Positions 28,190 through 41,119 of a stretch of DNA of 64,000 nucleotides are shown here, in pieces. The position numbers were made by a program, and so were the translations under genes. The notes beneath the pieces are model-generated. The model was not told the DNA's origin, did no database searches, and saw only the letters and a program-made list of their open reading frames with translations. The first letter of the stretch is position 1. The number at the start of each line of letters is the position of its first letter. This stretch comes from the human T2T-CHM13v2.0 reference genome, Homo sapiens, in assembly GCF_009914755.1 (NCBI RefSeq), contig NC_060938.1. One strand, given 5' to 3'.

Positions 28190-28385
28190 GCAATGGTTAA
28201 GAGCTCTGTATTGAGCCAAATTGCTTTGGTTCAAATACTGACTCTGCCACTTAGTTTTTATTGTTTGTTTCTTTAATCTTGATAAAATTAACTTATCTAT
28301 GCCTTAGTTTCTTCATTTGTAAAATGTAAGTGATTATAGTCCACTTATTTCATTGGATTATTGGGAAAAATAAATGAAGATACAT
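28190..28385 (+). mobile_element. MIR SINE
   Basis: AATGGTTAAGAGC...GGTTCAAATACTGACTCTGCCACTTA...CCTTAGTTTCTTCATTTGTAAAATG. Confidence 0.8.
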
Positions 28386-31300
28386 AGAAAAATTTTAATA
28401 TATGGAAAAATCATTCCTGACCCATTATAAAAAAAGTTATATAAGGGTTCCTGGTAATTGCATATCACCTCTTTCACAGATTCATTGTCCTACTTTCCCC
28501 TCTTCTAATTGTTCCTATCTTGAATAGTAGTTTGAATTACATCACTATTCCATTATAATTACTATCTTGGTTATGATTAGTTGATCACCTGATATGTACA
28601 GGCCATTGTGACAGACACTTTATTATACTTTACTCCTCTGAAAAGGCTTATAAAATAGATATTATTCAAGTTTAACTACTGGTACGAATGAAATTCAGAG
28701 AGTTTAATACTACTTTCAATATTTTAGATTTAAACTCAGGTTTATCCAAATATAAAATCATTCTTCCTTTCCTTAAGGTTATTAACGAATTTATCACATT
28801 TTCACTCTCTTGGCCTTCTATTCTTACACTTTCCTGGTTATGAAATAAGAAGTTACTGATAATTCCTACGAGTGAGCAAGAAAACAAGTAAAGTGTGTTT
28901 TTTTCTTGCTCTCCTGTCTGCACCATATAATATACTACCAATATTTTATAAAGACACCAGCTACTGCTAATTCAAATATCGGTAACCTAAATAGGTCACT
29001 GTTATAGAAAAACAGATAAAGAGCAAACTAAACACAATATTGATTTTCAAATTAAAAGAAAGTGATTTATCTAAAAACATTGGAAGCATAATAGCATTTG
29101 AAAGCAAAATAAAACAAAACAAAACTAGTGATACTTTACTGAGGGATCTGTTGAAAGGCCACGTTAACGAGTGTTATGCTACACAGCTCTCTCTCTGCAC
29201 CGAGTGTCCTCTATAGCCCCTTGGAGCTCCCTGCTCTTTCCACAGATCCTCTCTCTGCTAATACAACGAGGAAGGGTGACCTTTCCATTTATCCTCTGAT
29301 GAAGTTCCCATTTTCCAGTCCTAATTAGTAACATTAAGCCGTAAAGAGAAAGAAAGCGTCTGGGTGACAGGGTTCCACATCAAGCCAGGGATGAATTATA
29401 GCCCAGCTTAACCTCGAGTAGTACTGACATTTAAAAAATTGAGCTTCTTAAGACACATGCATAAATCTCTAATGTTGGAATTTCGGAGGAAATGTTTTTG
29501 AGCAAAAGGTTCCTCCTGGAGCCAATAAAAGTGTTATATTTGGGTGAGAACAAATGATTCTTTTTAAAGATAGCCTTGTGCTTTCAGTGGACAGTTTTTT
29601 ATGTAGAGTTGATGTTCCTCTACAGTACCATGACATGCCATTCAGCATCATCAAACTAGCCTTTTAAAACTCTTTTCTGCACTTCAGTCTTCTAACAGAA
29701 AGACAGAAACTACACTGTTCTTGCTGTTAGTTCAAAATTTCATTCAGCCAACACATATTGAGTGTTTTCTCCCCAAAGGCAATGAGTGGATACTGCTACC
29801 TCTCTTTGAAATGCTATCTTCTCTTCCTACTTTCACAGCCTGGCTAACACCTTCCCATTCTTTCAGTCACAGATTGGATGCCTCACACTGAAGAGACCTT
29901 TTCAACACTCTGTAAAGTAATTTTTCAATTCACTAATGTATTAAAAATGTATCCCCTTTAAAAATATATGGTCACTTTTGTAATTCCAACACAGAAAATT
30001 TGTGTAGAATGAATATATAAAAGGTACTATGAGGAATATGGGGAAGATTAACAGCCTAGCTAGAGGCTTTTTACTTGAATGGAGACTATACTACTCTTAA
30101 TTTATTGCAAGATGAAAGTAAAAAAATAACAATTAGCATCATGGGTCAGGTGCACATAACATGCTCTGAAAGTGCATATGTAACACTTAATATTTTTAGT
30201 CACTAATCTGGAAGATTAATGGAAATATATGCTTCATCATCATGCAATTAATTACCATTTTATTTTTTTATAGGTGCCATCATAACCTTAAATTGTCTTT
30301 AGAAAAAAATAAATAGTAGTATTTGCAACACTAAGTACTTCTATGCCAATTGCCATAGAATTTTCCTTGGAAATTGTCAGGTGTTTTTGGGTTTTTTTGT
30401 TGTTTTTTGTTTTTTTTGGTTTTGTTTGGTTTGGTTTATCATCCATTGCTTGCACAAATAGGTTTGGCTGGGCTTGTCAATGGCTAACATAAAGTTTGTG
30501 AGTCAGAAACTGGATACTACTTATTGAAAAAGAACATATAACTGATGGTACACTAACGGAAGTGAGGAATTAAGATAATTGCCTACTCTATAATCTGGGC
30601 CATCACCTCAGGAATGCTATGTTCTGATTTACACACCTGATTTGAAATTCTAGAATATACCTTTAAGTGAACAATCCGAAATCACCAGCATCATTGTAGA
30701 GTAGGGGTGATGGAGAATTATGTATCCTTACCTCCTCGTATCAAAAATATACTCTCAGCATCTATGTGTAAATTGTTAGAAATACGTGGATCTATTTATG
30801 TAAAATAGAAAAGACATCATGGTTCTATTTGTTTTATGATGTGGTAAACATTACCAAATTTGAAGAGAAAATAAAATGTCAAATAAAAACTACAAGTGCT
30901 AAGAAGAACTAGACAGATTCACCAAATTTCCAGATTTCAAGAAATAATTCAGCCTCTATGATGTTTGCCTTGGTTTGCTGGAAATGACATAGTTCCAAAT
31001 CAAATTACAAGGATACACTCCCCATCATTGCAGGCGAAGGATCAGTACACATGTGGCAGAGAAAAGGACATGGGAATTTTGTTCATCCCACAGATTTTGA
31101 AGGCCTGCATCTATCCATCTTGTCAGATCCTAAGAGGTACAACAATTTTATCAGAGAGTTTCAGAAGATGTAAAGGCAATAACATCAACTGGCATGTGTG
31201 TCTTGTTACTGCAGTCTGCTTTTGCAGGAGAGCCCTGGAGACCTCTATTTTGTGAAGCTAATTGGCAATAATCGTGGCATTTATTAAGTGCATTCAGGTA

Positions 31301-31794
31301 TTCAAAGGCAGGCTGCCTATGGCCAGGCAAATGCCAATCATTTTAAACTGTACCTCTAGGGTCAATTCCTCTCCTTCATTTTAGACACAGCACGGAGTTG
31401 AAATTCACACTACTTCATTAATAAAAAATTCAATCACTCTCTTTTTAATTTAGAGTTTCAGATTTCAATTGATTTGGGGGATAATCAGGTGACCTCCTAG
31501 AAACAGGCTTATTAGATAGTGGCACTTCATGGGGAAGTCCAGAACCCAATAGCAAATTATCTTTCGAATCCATATCACTGCAAAGACCTGGAATCCTTGG
31601 CAATGGTATGTGCATAAGCCTCCCAGCACCTATGCCGCTCTTTCTTCCTGCCCACATACACACACTTCTTAAGTCTGGCTATAACTAAACTGGAATTCAA
31701 GTCATATAAGAACAGACCTTATACAAATGTAATAATAATAGTCAACACATATTGAGTTTTTAGTATGTTCGAGCACTGTTTTATTCATTTTTCC

Positions 31795-32465
31795 TAACTT
31801 TTTATTTTAGAATAGTTATAGCTTTACATAAAAGTTGCAAAGATAGTACAAAGAATTTCCTTATACACTGCACCTAGTTACTCTTATTTTAAAAAACATA
31901 TATTGATATGATACAGTTGTCACAACTAATGAATAAATCAATATTGAAACATTATTATTAACTAAAGTCTACATATCTTTGTATTTCTTAGCGTTTATCT
32001 AATATTCTTTTTTTTTTTTTTGTCCCAGTATCCTATCCAGGATACTATATTACATTTATACACCATGTCTCTGGCTTCTCTGTGACAACTTCTTGGACTT
32101 GACTTGATTTTGATGACTTTGATATCTTTAAAGAGTACTGATCAGGTTGTGCTGTAAAGTGTCCCTCAGTCAGGATTTGTCTGTTGTTTTTGTGTGCAAT
32201 TAGACTGGGATTATGAGTTTTTAGGAATTAGTCTACAAAGGTAAAGTGCTATTCTCACCGCATCATATCAAGGATACACATTGTCAGCATTGCATGTCAC
32301 TGTTGTTAACTTTGATCGCATTGCTGAGGTAGCGTTTGTTAGATTTTTCTCCACTGTAAAGTTAGATAATTTTCTTTCTTTATTGTATTCTCTGGGAGAA
32401 AGTCACTAGGCTCAACCCATATTTCAGAGTTGGGGAGTTATGTGTCATCTCCCTGAGGGATGGTT
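31795..32465 (-). mobile_element. L1MC 3'-end fragment
   Basis: TTTATTTTAGAATAG...AAAGTTGCAAAGATAGTACA...CCTATCCAGGATAC...CTCCACTGTAAAGTTA; flanked by two MIR halves. Confidence 0.85.
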
Positions 32466-32499
32466 GTATGCATTGCTTACAAATTTACACATTTTCAAG

Positions 32500-32670
32500 A
32501 TAAACACTGTGAGGTAGGTAGTATTATTATTCCATTTCATAGATGACAAAACTGAGGCATAGACAAGATTAAATTTAAAAAACTGCCCATAGTTGCATAC
32601 ATAAAGGTGGCTGAATAATATGAACTTGGGCAGCCTGGTTCCAGATCCTGACTCGAAGTCAATGTGCTTG
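32500..32670 (-). mobile_element. MIR (other half at ~31730-31790)
   Basis: GAGGTAGGTAGTATTATTATTCCATTTCATAGATGACAAAACTGAGGCA. Confidence 0.8.
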
Positions 32671-32774
32671 TAATTCATTCACACAAGTGAAGTTGAAGTG
32701 GTGACCTGATCATTAAAGTCAAGTGGCTGAAAGCCTCTCATGTAAAAAAAACTGTATTTGTCCTGGGTACTCTG

Positions 32775-32900
32775 GAAATAAAGCAGAGCTGAGATCAATG
32801 GATGGAGTTTAAAAACAGAAATGCTTTAACCCATAATAAAGAGATGATATTCTGAAAAATGTTAAGCAATAAAATTGGAATGAATAGGCTACCTGAGACT
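32775..32900 (+). mobile_element. L3/CR1 3' fragment
   Basis: GCAGAGCTGAGATCAATGGATGGAG...GGAATGAATAGGCTACCT resembles the L3 3' region; very diverged. Confidence 0.45.
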
Positions 32901-32934
32901 AGCAGTACTTGGATGACAGTGTTATTTCACAAGC

Positions 32935-33180
32935 AATAAAGTAATACAAACAAAAGCTTTTATAACACTTACAAGGGTTCGCCCATTGTTCTAAGTGTGT
33001 TAAATGCATAATAATCACAATAATCACAAGGGCACTATAAGGTAGTCAATATTATTATCCACCTTTTACAAAGATAAAATTGAGATAGAGTCTAACTAAC
33101 ATGTCCAAGTCAACACACCTAGTAGATGGCAGAGTTGGCATTCAGACTTGAGCAATCTGATCTCCATGGTGCTTGGTTTT
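32935..33180 (-). mobile_element. MIR SINE
   Basis: ATTATTATCCACCTTTTACAAAGATAAAATTGAG...CCAAGTCAACACACCTAGTAGATGGCAGAG. Confidence 0.75.
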
Positions 33181-33487
33181 CTCAATGCAGAAAGCCTTCT
33201 GCATGGTTTCAGAGCTGGAGTAGACCTCATTTGGAAGCACTTCCTCACTGCAAGATGCTGTGGCATGTTTGGTTTTCTTAACTAACTTTACCTAGAGAAG
33301 TGCTTTGCTTTGTCATTATAAAATATACAACATTTTCTCACTGCATGTTAATTCTTACAATTTTGAATTAAAATTTCATTGTGTAAATGTAAAGGCAGAC
33401 CACCTCCTTCAGATTTACCTTCAGGAAATTAATCATTTCCTGAAGACATTGGAGGCAATTTAGAAATTAGAGGCAATTTAGAAAAAT

Positions 33488-34087
33488 GAATATATATTTG
33501 TGTTTATATATATAGTCAACATATATATTTATTTTCTACATTATATATAATTGTGTATTATATATTCATTTATATATACATATATACATATATTCATTCA
33601 TATGTACATATATTATATGTAGATATATATGTATATTCATTATATACACACATATATATTTTATATACATATATAATACACATTTTATATATACTTTTAT
33701 ATATACATATAATATATATTCATTTTTCTATTATCTATTATACAAACACACATATATATCCTATATAAATATATATATATTTTTTGACTACATAAATGAA
33801 TATATATTCATTTATATATTATATTATAAATAAATATATATTCATTTATATATTCAAAAATGAATATATACTCATATATATTCAAAAATGAATATATACT
33901 CATATATATTCAAAAATGAATATATACTCATATATATTCATTATATTGTATTTATATTAATATAATATATTATGAATATATATTCACTATATTTCATTTA
34001 CATTAAATTAATATAAATAAAAATGAATATATATTTATTTTTATGTAAGGATATATATGGGGGTGTGTGTTTATATATCCCTATATA
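33488..34087. repeat. AT-rich (TA)n-derived low-complexity tract with a 28-bp minisatellite
   Basis: Three exact copies of TATATATTCAAAAATGAATATATACTCA at 33847-33930. Confidence 0.95.
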
Positions 34088-35623
34088 AGAAAATAAATGG
34101 AAGAAAAGCATTAAATAATCTGTGTTGTTAGAATACCCAATGATTTTTTTATGAATGTAATAAAAATCATGCTCTTGGAAAATGAAAGTTTTATCTTTCT
34201 TACTTGGGTTTTTGTAAAATGTGTGACAAGATTCATTTATTCATTTAACAAAATACTTTTTTTAAACAAATGCATAGACTAGGGATGGTAGCTGGGGTTT
34301 CCTTACAGCTCCTTGGAATTTAGGGTTTAAAGACAAGTTAAAGAAAAGTTTAAAAATATCTCTGTTGACCAAACCAAATTTACCTAACTCAGAAAAGTTC
34401 CAGTCGGGAGCCAGAAGTGCAGACTGAAGGCATAACTACGCCCACAAAAAAATACCGTCAGTCCTCATCACTGATATTATTACAAGCAGTTAAATAAGTG
34501 AGGAATCTGAGTTTAAGGCCAAAAAGAAAGGAAGAAGGAAGTTATTTTGTGAACCTCTCCCTGGACTAAATTGTGTCCTGAGCAGTGTAACAAGCAGAGA
34601 AGATAAATGCAATCCTGTGGTTCACCTTTTAGATTTTCATCCTGAGACATTAGTGGAGGTCTACAGAATTGAACTGGGTGATGCCTGGAAACTGGAGGCC
34701 TCCAGAAAGTGCTGGTAATGAAAAGGCTTTGTCTTCCACCCACACACGGCGAGCCAAGCTGCTGACAAAGTGGAATCCATTGGGTTTCTCCTGATTGACG
34801 CATGTGGTTAATTGAGTGTCATATTGTGTTCATGTTGCCTCTGTTCTGAAGAACACAACAAGAGATCAGCCTTGACGATTGATAGCTCAGAGTGAGCCTA
34901 AAGAAAGCATTTCATTGATCTGGCGATGGCTGTTCATAGAACCCACAGCCCATCTGCCTGACCACCTGATTTGCAAATCATGTGAGCACTGTAATCTTTT
35001 CCCCTTTCCCTTCCTTTTCTAATGTGATTTAATCACGGGACCATTTAAATTGATTTAGTGACCATGAAGATGATGTTGCTTCATCTACAACAGTATTGTA
35101 AGCCCCTACCCTAACCTGCCCTACTACATCCCTGCCCATGTTTTGCTTCACTAAAAGTTTACTTTTGGGGAAGAAATGCTCCAAGTACTTTCCCAAGGTT
35201 GCTGGATGGAGCCACACATGAGGTATCAATAGTGTTTTTGAGAGGACCCAACACTAGGTGTACTGGTTGGAATGTGCGGGGAGAGAATGGTAGAAAGAAA
35301 GGCAAGAACAGGGGTTTAATGTTGGTTAAATATGATTAGCCAAACATCATCTACCCATTCCTGTCTGACTCTCCCAAGCAGTTTGTCACATTAATCATGT
35401 GTGTTACCACAGCAACTGAGCATATCAATTATATTATAATTATCTTTTTGCAAGTAGAGTGCTAACACCAGACTGTGTGCTTTCTAAAATCTATATCCCC
35501 ATTGCTATTACAGGAGCTTTTCAAAACAGAGGAAAGAGAAAGACTCACTAAGAATGCAGTCAAAGAATGTATGAGTGATGAAAAAGATAGTGATAAGAAG
35601 AATGCATATGCATTCATATAAAT

Positions 35624-36073
35624 CAGAGGTCCTCAAACATTTTAGTCTCAGGATTTCTTCATGCGATTACAAAGTATTAACTACACAAACAGCTTCAGCT
35701 TATATGGAGTACATATATTAATATTTGCTTAACATTTTAAAAATACTTATTAATTCATTTCCTAAAATCACAATAAACCTGTTGTATGGTAAAATAAATG
35801 CCATATTTTTATGAAAAATATCTACTTTCCACAAGAAGACTAATTCACGGAAAGAGTAGCATTATCTTTATATGTTTGCCAGTCTCAAAAATTTGGCTTA
35901 ATACAAAAAACTGGATTTTCATATTGGCCTCTGAGATCACTCTGTTGCAGTATCAAATGTCACATGTAGCCTCTGGAATACTCCGCTGTATCCTCTTGAG
36001 AGAATGAGAGTAAAAAAGGTAAATCACTCTTTAGGACCCTTGATTGTCCCAGGAGTACATTTTGAAAAACCTT
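35624..36073 (+). mobile_element. hAT-Charlie DNA transposon (Charlie4a-like)
   Basis: CAGAGGTCCTCAAACATTTTAGTCTCAGGA...CATGTAGCCTCTGGAA...GAGAGAATGAGAG...ACATTTTGAAAAACC, with Charlie-type termini; orientation nominal. Confidence 0.75.
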
Positions 36074-36704
36074 TACAAATGGTTTTGAAACTCCACTCAA
36101 AGCTTCAGTGACCACTAATTTCCAATGAAATATTGTTTGGAGAAAGATGAGCTATTTATGACACTGATTGTGAGTTGTAAAATCTTGCTAAGGTGGGTCT
36201 TCACATTTAACCCATCCACTTACCTCCTCCATTTCTGTAAATTTCATGCTGAAAAAGGATTTTGAATCAAAACAATGCCAGCCGTCTTCAGCCCCCTTAT
36301 CCAGTGATTTTCCCATCAGTATTCCCCTTTTGCCTAAAGAATGCCATTTATAGCATCTTGTCTCTCCAGAAAACCTTGGGCTGATCCTAAAATTTCAGAG
36401 AAATGAGAAAGTTGTTCCTTTTCTCCAAAGGGTTGGAAAGTACATAAAGATACAATGCTAATATAGAAGACTAAGTATAAGTAAATGTTACTAAAATAAA
36501 TACGTGGATGCCTGCAGATTGCACCTGTCAATCGGGGCTCTTTGATACTGTTTAAATCTAGTTTCAATTAAATAAGAATGTGATTTCCAATACCCTTAAT
36601 AGTGGAATCATATGGCCTCTTACAGCCAAGCAGTGCTTAAAAAGGAAAGAGCAAATCAGAAACTCCTACCCACCCAAGGACACGGAAGCTAACCCTATTG
36701 AACT

Positions 36705-37110
36705 GACTATCAATAATTAAGGCCTTTGATGCCTCAAATCATTTAGATAATAAGATTGCTTCGAAGTAAATAAATATCAAATTAAGATTTGTGGCAGTCA
36801 CAGGTGTTTGGCAGGGCTGGCCTATAATCAAAGAGAAAATGAATGCATTTTATTCAGCATAATTAGAAAAAGAAATGAAGTTTATATGCAAATCGTAAGC
36901 CACTTTAGTCAAAGATAACCGGTCAGACTGCTTCTGGTAATTTAAACTTTCATTTAGATGAAAATTCGCAAAGTATCTATTTTCAATGCAATTTGAGTGC
37001 AGCTGGTTGCACTCTCTCAGTCATCTGAGAGAGAAATTTAAATATCCCTGATAACCCTCCTATTTTGCTTTGGTGCTGACAGAACAACAAATGCATTCTT
37101 TACACTTGAC
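36705..37110. promoter_or_regulatory. Candidate enhancer / conserved non-coding element
   Basis: Unique sequence dense in TCF/LEF, FOX, GATA, homeobox, octamer, E-box and MAF half-site matches; motif evidence only. Confidence 0.4.
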
Positions 37111-37570
37111 TTTTTCCCCTCTTGCCTATATAGGGAGTCAGAAGGTTATATGGGATTTTTCAGCATCCAGCACTGACCTAAAAGAAACTTGTGTGTTTGG
37201 GGGGTAAGGGGAAGGGAGGAAAACCCCTTTAGATTAAAAAGAAATTAACAGATTAAAAAGATAAATATTAAAAAGATAAAGATTAAAAAGACATATGCCT
37301 GGATGCATGTAAAATTTAAGTGTTCTAGGAACAAATTGGGAATGTAAACATTGTTCCTGATTATTTCCCTCAAAAAAACTACATGCCACTGAAACTGTCT
37401 TAACTCTCTTCTTATATTTTGCCATTTTGGAACGTTTATCTACTTGTCTTACCTTCTTCCTGTTAGACTTTAATATGCTTAAGTCCAGGAATTGGTGCTA
37501 TTCACCTCAGTGTTACCTGAGTAGCTTGGACTGCTACCTACCCTATGTGAAATTAAATTAAATTTAATCA

Positions 37571-37859
37571 GTCTGGGTGCGGTGGCTCACGTCTGTAATC
37601 CCAAAACTCTGGGAGGCCGAGGAGGGTGGATCACGAGGTCAAGAGATCGAGATCATCCTGGTCAACATGGTGAAAACCCATCTCTAATAAAAATACAAAA
37701 ATTAGCCAGGTGTGGTGGCGGGTGCCTGTAGTCCCAGCTACTAGGAGGCTAAGGCAGGAGAATCACTTGAACCCGGGAGGCGGAGGTTGCAGTGAGCCGA
37801 GATTGCGCCACTGCCCTCAGCCTGGCGACAAAGTGAGACTCTGTCTCAGAAAAAAAAAC
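37571..37859 (+). mobile_element. AluSc
   Basis: GGATCACGAGGTCAAGAGATCGAGA and AGCCTGGCGACA diagnostics; TSD AATTAAATTTAATCA / AATTAAATGGAATCA. Confidence 0.95.
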
Positions 37860-38575
37860 AATTAAATGGAATCATTAGCCTAAGGACACTGAATAGAATC
37901 ATGGCTAAGAACAAAGAGTAATATTCAAGGAGAAAAAGTAGACCGTTTTGCAAGGGAGTAATGTAATATTTCAAAAGTAACAAATGATTTTAGTATAAGC
38001 TGTAATTGTTTTAGTTGTTTTCTTTTTGCTTTTTTTTAAACCTGAATTGTTGCTAGTTGCATGCAGTGTGCTGGCTCTGAATTCCTATGGCCCCTGTCTG
38101 TTTCTCTTATTCTGCTTGTCACAGTGATCCGCAACTAATCCTTTGCTTGTTTGATTGAACACACTAATACTAAATCAGTGCACCCATCTTAATGCTCTTT
38201 GCAAATGCTGAGTAAGTGTTCATAAATAAACATCTGAACTAATCATATTTACTTCTAAAAAGGCATGTTGCATATCAATGCCTTACACCTATGGTGTAGT
38301 ATGGTAATCTTCAAAATTAAATGGTCATTATAATCATCTATGGAGATTTTTAGAAATATGGACATCTGGGCTCTGTAGAAGACCAAGTAAATCAGAATCT
38401 CAGAAAAATTAACTGGACCTTGAAAACATAGTGAAAATTAAGAGGAATTAATATACAGAAATTAGTTAGCATGATGCCTCATACAGCAAATAGTTTTATA
38501 TATTATCTAGTGTTAGGATTAGATATTCAACAAATTTATAAGTGAAAGCAATGGATCCATGAATGAACAGTAAAG

Positions 38576-38893
38576 CAGTGATTCCCAACTTTTTTGGCAC
38601 CAGGGGCCAGTTTCAGTTGTGGAAGACAATGTTTCCATGGATGGGGTGGGGGTATGTGTGTGATGGTTTTGGGATGAAACTGTTCCACCTCAGATCACTA
38701 GGCATTAGAGTCTCATAAAGTGCTTGCAACCTAGATTCCTCCCATGTACAGTTCACCATAGGGTTCGTGCTTCTATGAAAATCACATGTCACTGCTGATC
38801 AGACAGTAATGCTCGCTCAGCCACCACTCACCTCCTGCTGTGTGGCCTGGTTCCTAATCAGCCTCAGACTGGAGACTGGAGGGGGGGCCTCTG
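38576..38893 (+). mobile_element. MER1B hAT-Charlie DNA transposon
   Basis: CCCAACTTTTTTGGCACCAGGG...GGAAGACAATGTTTCCATGGA...GGGATGAAACTGTTCCACCTCAGATCA...CTCACCTCCTGCTGTGTGGCC. Confidence 0.88.
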
Positions 38894-39431
38894 TGCTAAA
38901 CAGATAGGTACATATAAGGAGAAAAATGCCAGAGAAGATAGACTTAGATGGCTCCTGCTAGATCCTTGGACGGAGATGTTGTCTCCGTCTTCTTTCTGTT
39001 CCTTTCCCTCTGCTGATCACAAACACAGCCTTATTTATAACAAGGTGGGTGTAAAACAAGCCTGTGATATTAATCATATAATGTACATGAAGAGGTTGGA
39101 ACTCTTTGGTGGCATGCTTTCAAAAGAGGATGGCCTTAATGCGACAGTGCTCAATCAGTCAGATGCCAGGTAGCTGAGAGCCATACCTATTCTTTTTTGT
39201 AGTTGTGAAACTTGGCTCTTTCACAGATAAGCAACCACCTAGTATCCAGAAAATTGTTACAAACTGGAGAGCTCTTGATTCTCTTCCCATTGTTGTTCCC
39301 TACTTATGCCTTCGCTCCTTAATCTTAGCTTGGATAAGCAGCATATAGTTAAGAGCATAAACCTATGATGGTAGAACACTGTGTCAACTGAGACAGGAAG
39401 ATGTTTGCTGTTGATGTTATTGTTAGGTATG

Positions 39432-40310
39432 TGTATTCTCTACTGCTGCATAACAGGTTGCCCCAAAAATGTAGCAGCTTCAAGCAGTAAACATTTTGTT
39501 TATCTCATAGTACATGTGGGTCAGGAATCAAATGTGGCTTAGCTGGGTTTTCTGACTTCAGGTCTCCAACAAGGCTTCAAGATGTTAGCTGGGGATGTCA
39601 TTATCTTAAGGTTCTGTGTGGTAGAGCCACTTCTAAGCTTACTTACAGGAGTGATAAACTGAGGCCTTTATTTCTTCACTGTGTGTTAGCCATAGGCTTC
39701 CCTTTCTTCCCTGCCACATGGACCTCTCCATGGGGAAGCTAACAACATGCATTTGGTTTCAGAGCTAGTAAATGAAAGAGTAAGAGAAAGGGTGTTAGCA
39801 AGTCTGAAGTCATAGTATTTTATTTTATTATTTTATTTTATTCTTTTGTTTGAGATGGAGTCTCACTCTGTCGCCCAGGCTGGAGTGCAGCGGCATGATC
39901 TCGGCTCACTGCAAGCTCCTTCTCCCGGGTTCACGCCATTCTCCTGCCTCAGCCTCCTGAGCAGCTGGGACTATAGGCACCCGCTACCACGCCTGGCTAA
40001 TTTTTTGTATTTTCAGTGGAGACGGGGTATCACCGTGTTAGCCAGGATGGTCTCGATCTCCTGACCTCATGATCCAACCACGTTGGCCTCCCAAAGTGCT
40101 GGGATTACAGGCGTGAGCCACCGCACCCAGCCTGAAGTCATAGTATTTTATAATCTATTCTTGAGGGTGTCATCCATTACTTTCACAACACTCTATTCAT
40201 TAGAAGCAAGCCACTAAATTCAGTTAATACTCAGGGGGAGGAATTATACAGAGGTGAAAACACCAGTAGGTAGGGGTCACTGGGAGCCATCTCAAAAATG
40301 TCCTAACACT
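39432..40310 (-). mobile_element. MaLR LTR (MLT1F/G-like) interrupted by AluY
   Basis: TGCTGCATAACA...GTGGGTCAGGAATC...CCACATGGACCTCTCCA...TTAGAAGCAAG...GGGGTCACTGGGAGCCATCT. Confidence 0.8.
39823..40132 (-). mobile_element. AluY
   Basis: GCAAGCTCC, TTCACGCCATTCTCC and CCGTGTTAGCCAGGATGGTCTCGATCTCC diagnostics; exact TSD TGAAGTCATAGTATTTTA (39805-39822, 40133-40150). Confidence 0.97.
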
Positions 40311-40494
40311 TTAGGGGACCCTACTATTATATCTAGCCGTATTGCATAGATATCACCTGCCTATTTCATCAGCCCTCAAAATATCAGTAGAATGTCTTCT
40401 AAAATTCAGAAGCCTAGAATTTCCTAATTAGAAAGCCTTAGTATGTGAGGCTAACAAGAGGACATACTTTTGGATGTCAAGGTACTTTTACAAT

Positions 40495-40990
40495 TTCCCA
40501 CTGATAACTCCATACAACACAGGGTGAAATTCAAGGACCTTCACAGAATTACATATACCTCTCTTTGAACTGGCCTGGCTACCTTTCCAACTACATTCTG
40601 TGTCTTTCCTTCACTAGAATTTTACAGTCTAACAGTATCATATTGTTTGCAGTTTCCTAGTTAGTTAGGTATGTATGCCTGTTGTCTCTAATACCTGAAA
40701 TGTCCCCATGCACATCTCAGCCATCTGACTATCTCTTACTTAAATTTTAAGAATTAGCCTCAGCATTGCCTCCTCTAAAAAGTCTTTCCCAACCTTCTCA
40801 CTGGGCTACATGCCCATCGTCTCAATTTCTATAATACCACTTGCTTACTGGTTAGTGTATTTTCTGTGTGTTTTCTTCAAGAGTATATGGAATTTTTAAT
40901 AGTCAAGACTGTTAATATATCCGGCTTTGCATTCTCAACACCAGAATGACTTGGGCTACAATATATTTTACTAAATGTTTGTTGAATTAC
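40495..40990 (+). mobile_element. L2 3' fragment
   Basis: TGGCCTGGCTACCTTTCCAA...CCTCCTCTAAAAAGTCTTTCCC...TAAATGTTTGTTGAAT, a typical L2 terminus. Confidence 0.6.
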
Positions 40991-40999
40991 AATGAAGTT

Positions 41000-41119
41000 G
41001 GAGGAGGAGGGTAGGAAGGAAGGAAGGAAGGAAAGAAGGGGGGAGGAAGGAAGAAAGGGAGGGAGGAAGAGAGGGAGGGAGGGTGGGAGGAAGGGAGGGA
41101 AGGAAAGGAGGGAGGAAGA
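41000..41119. repeat. (GGAA/GGGA)n purine-rich simple repeat
   Basis: Direct read. Confidence 0.95.

Noticed and set aside
29225-29420. Strong acceptor CCCTGCTCTTTCCACAG with possible exon
   Set aside because: No consensus donor found at a plausible distance; unsupported without RNA data.
33847-33930. Exact 28-bp palindromic repeats, superficially CRISPR-like
   Set aside because: No spacers, no cas genes, primate context; it is a tandem minisatellite.
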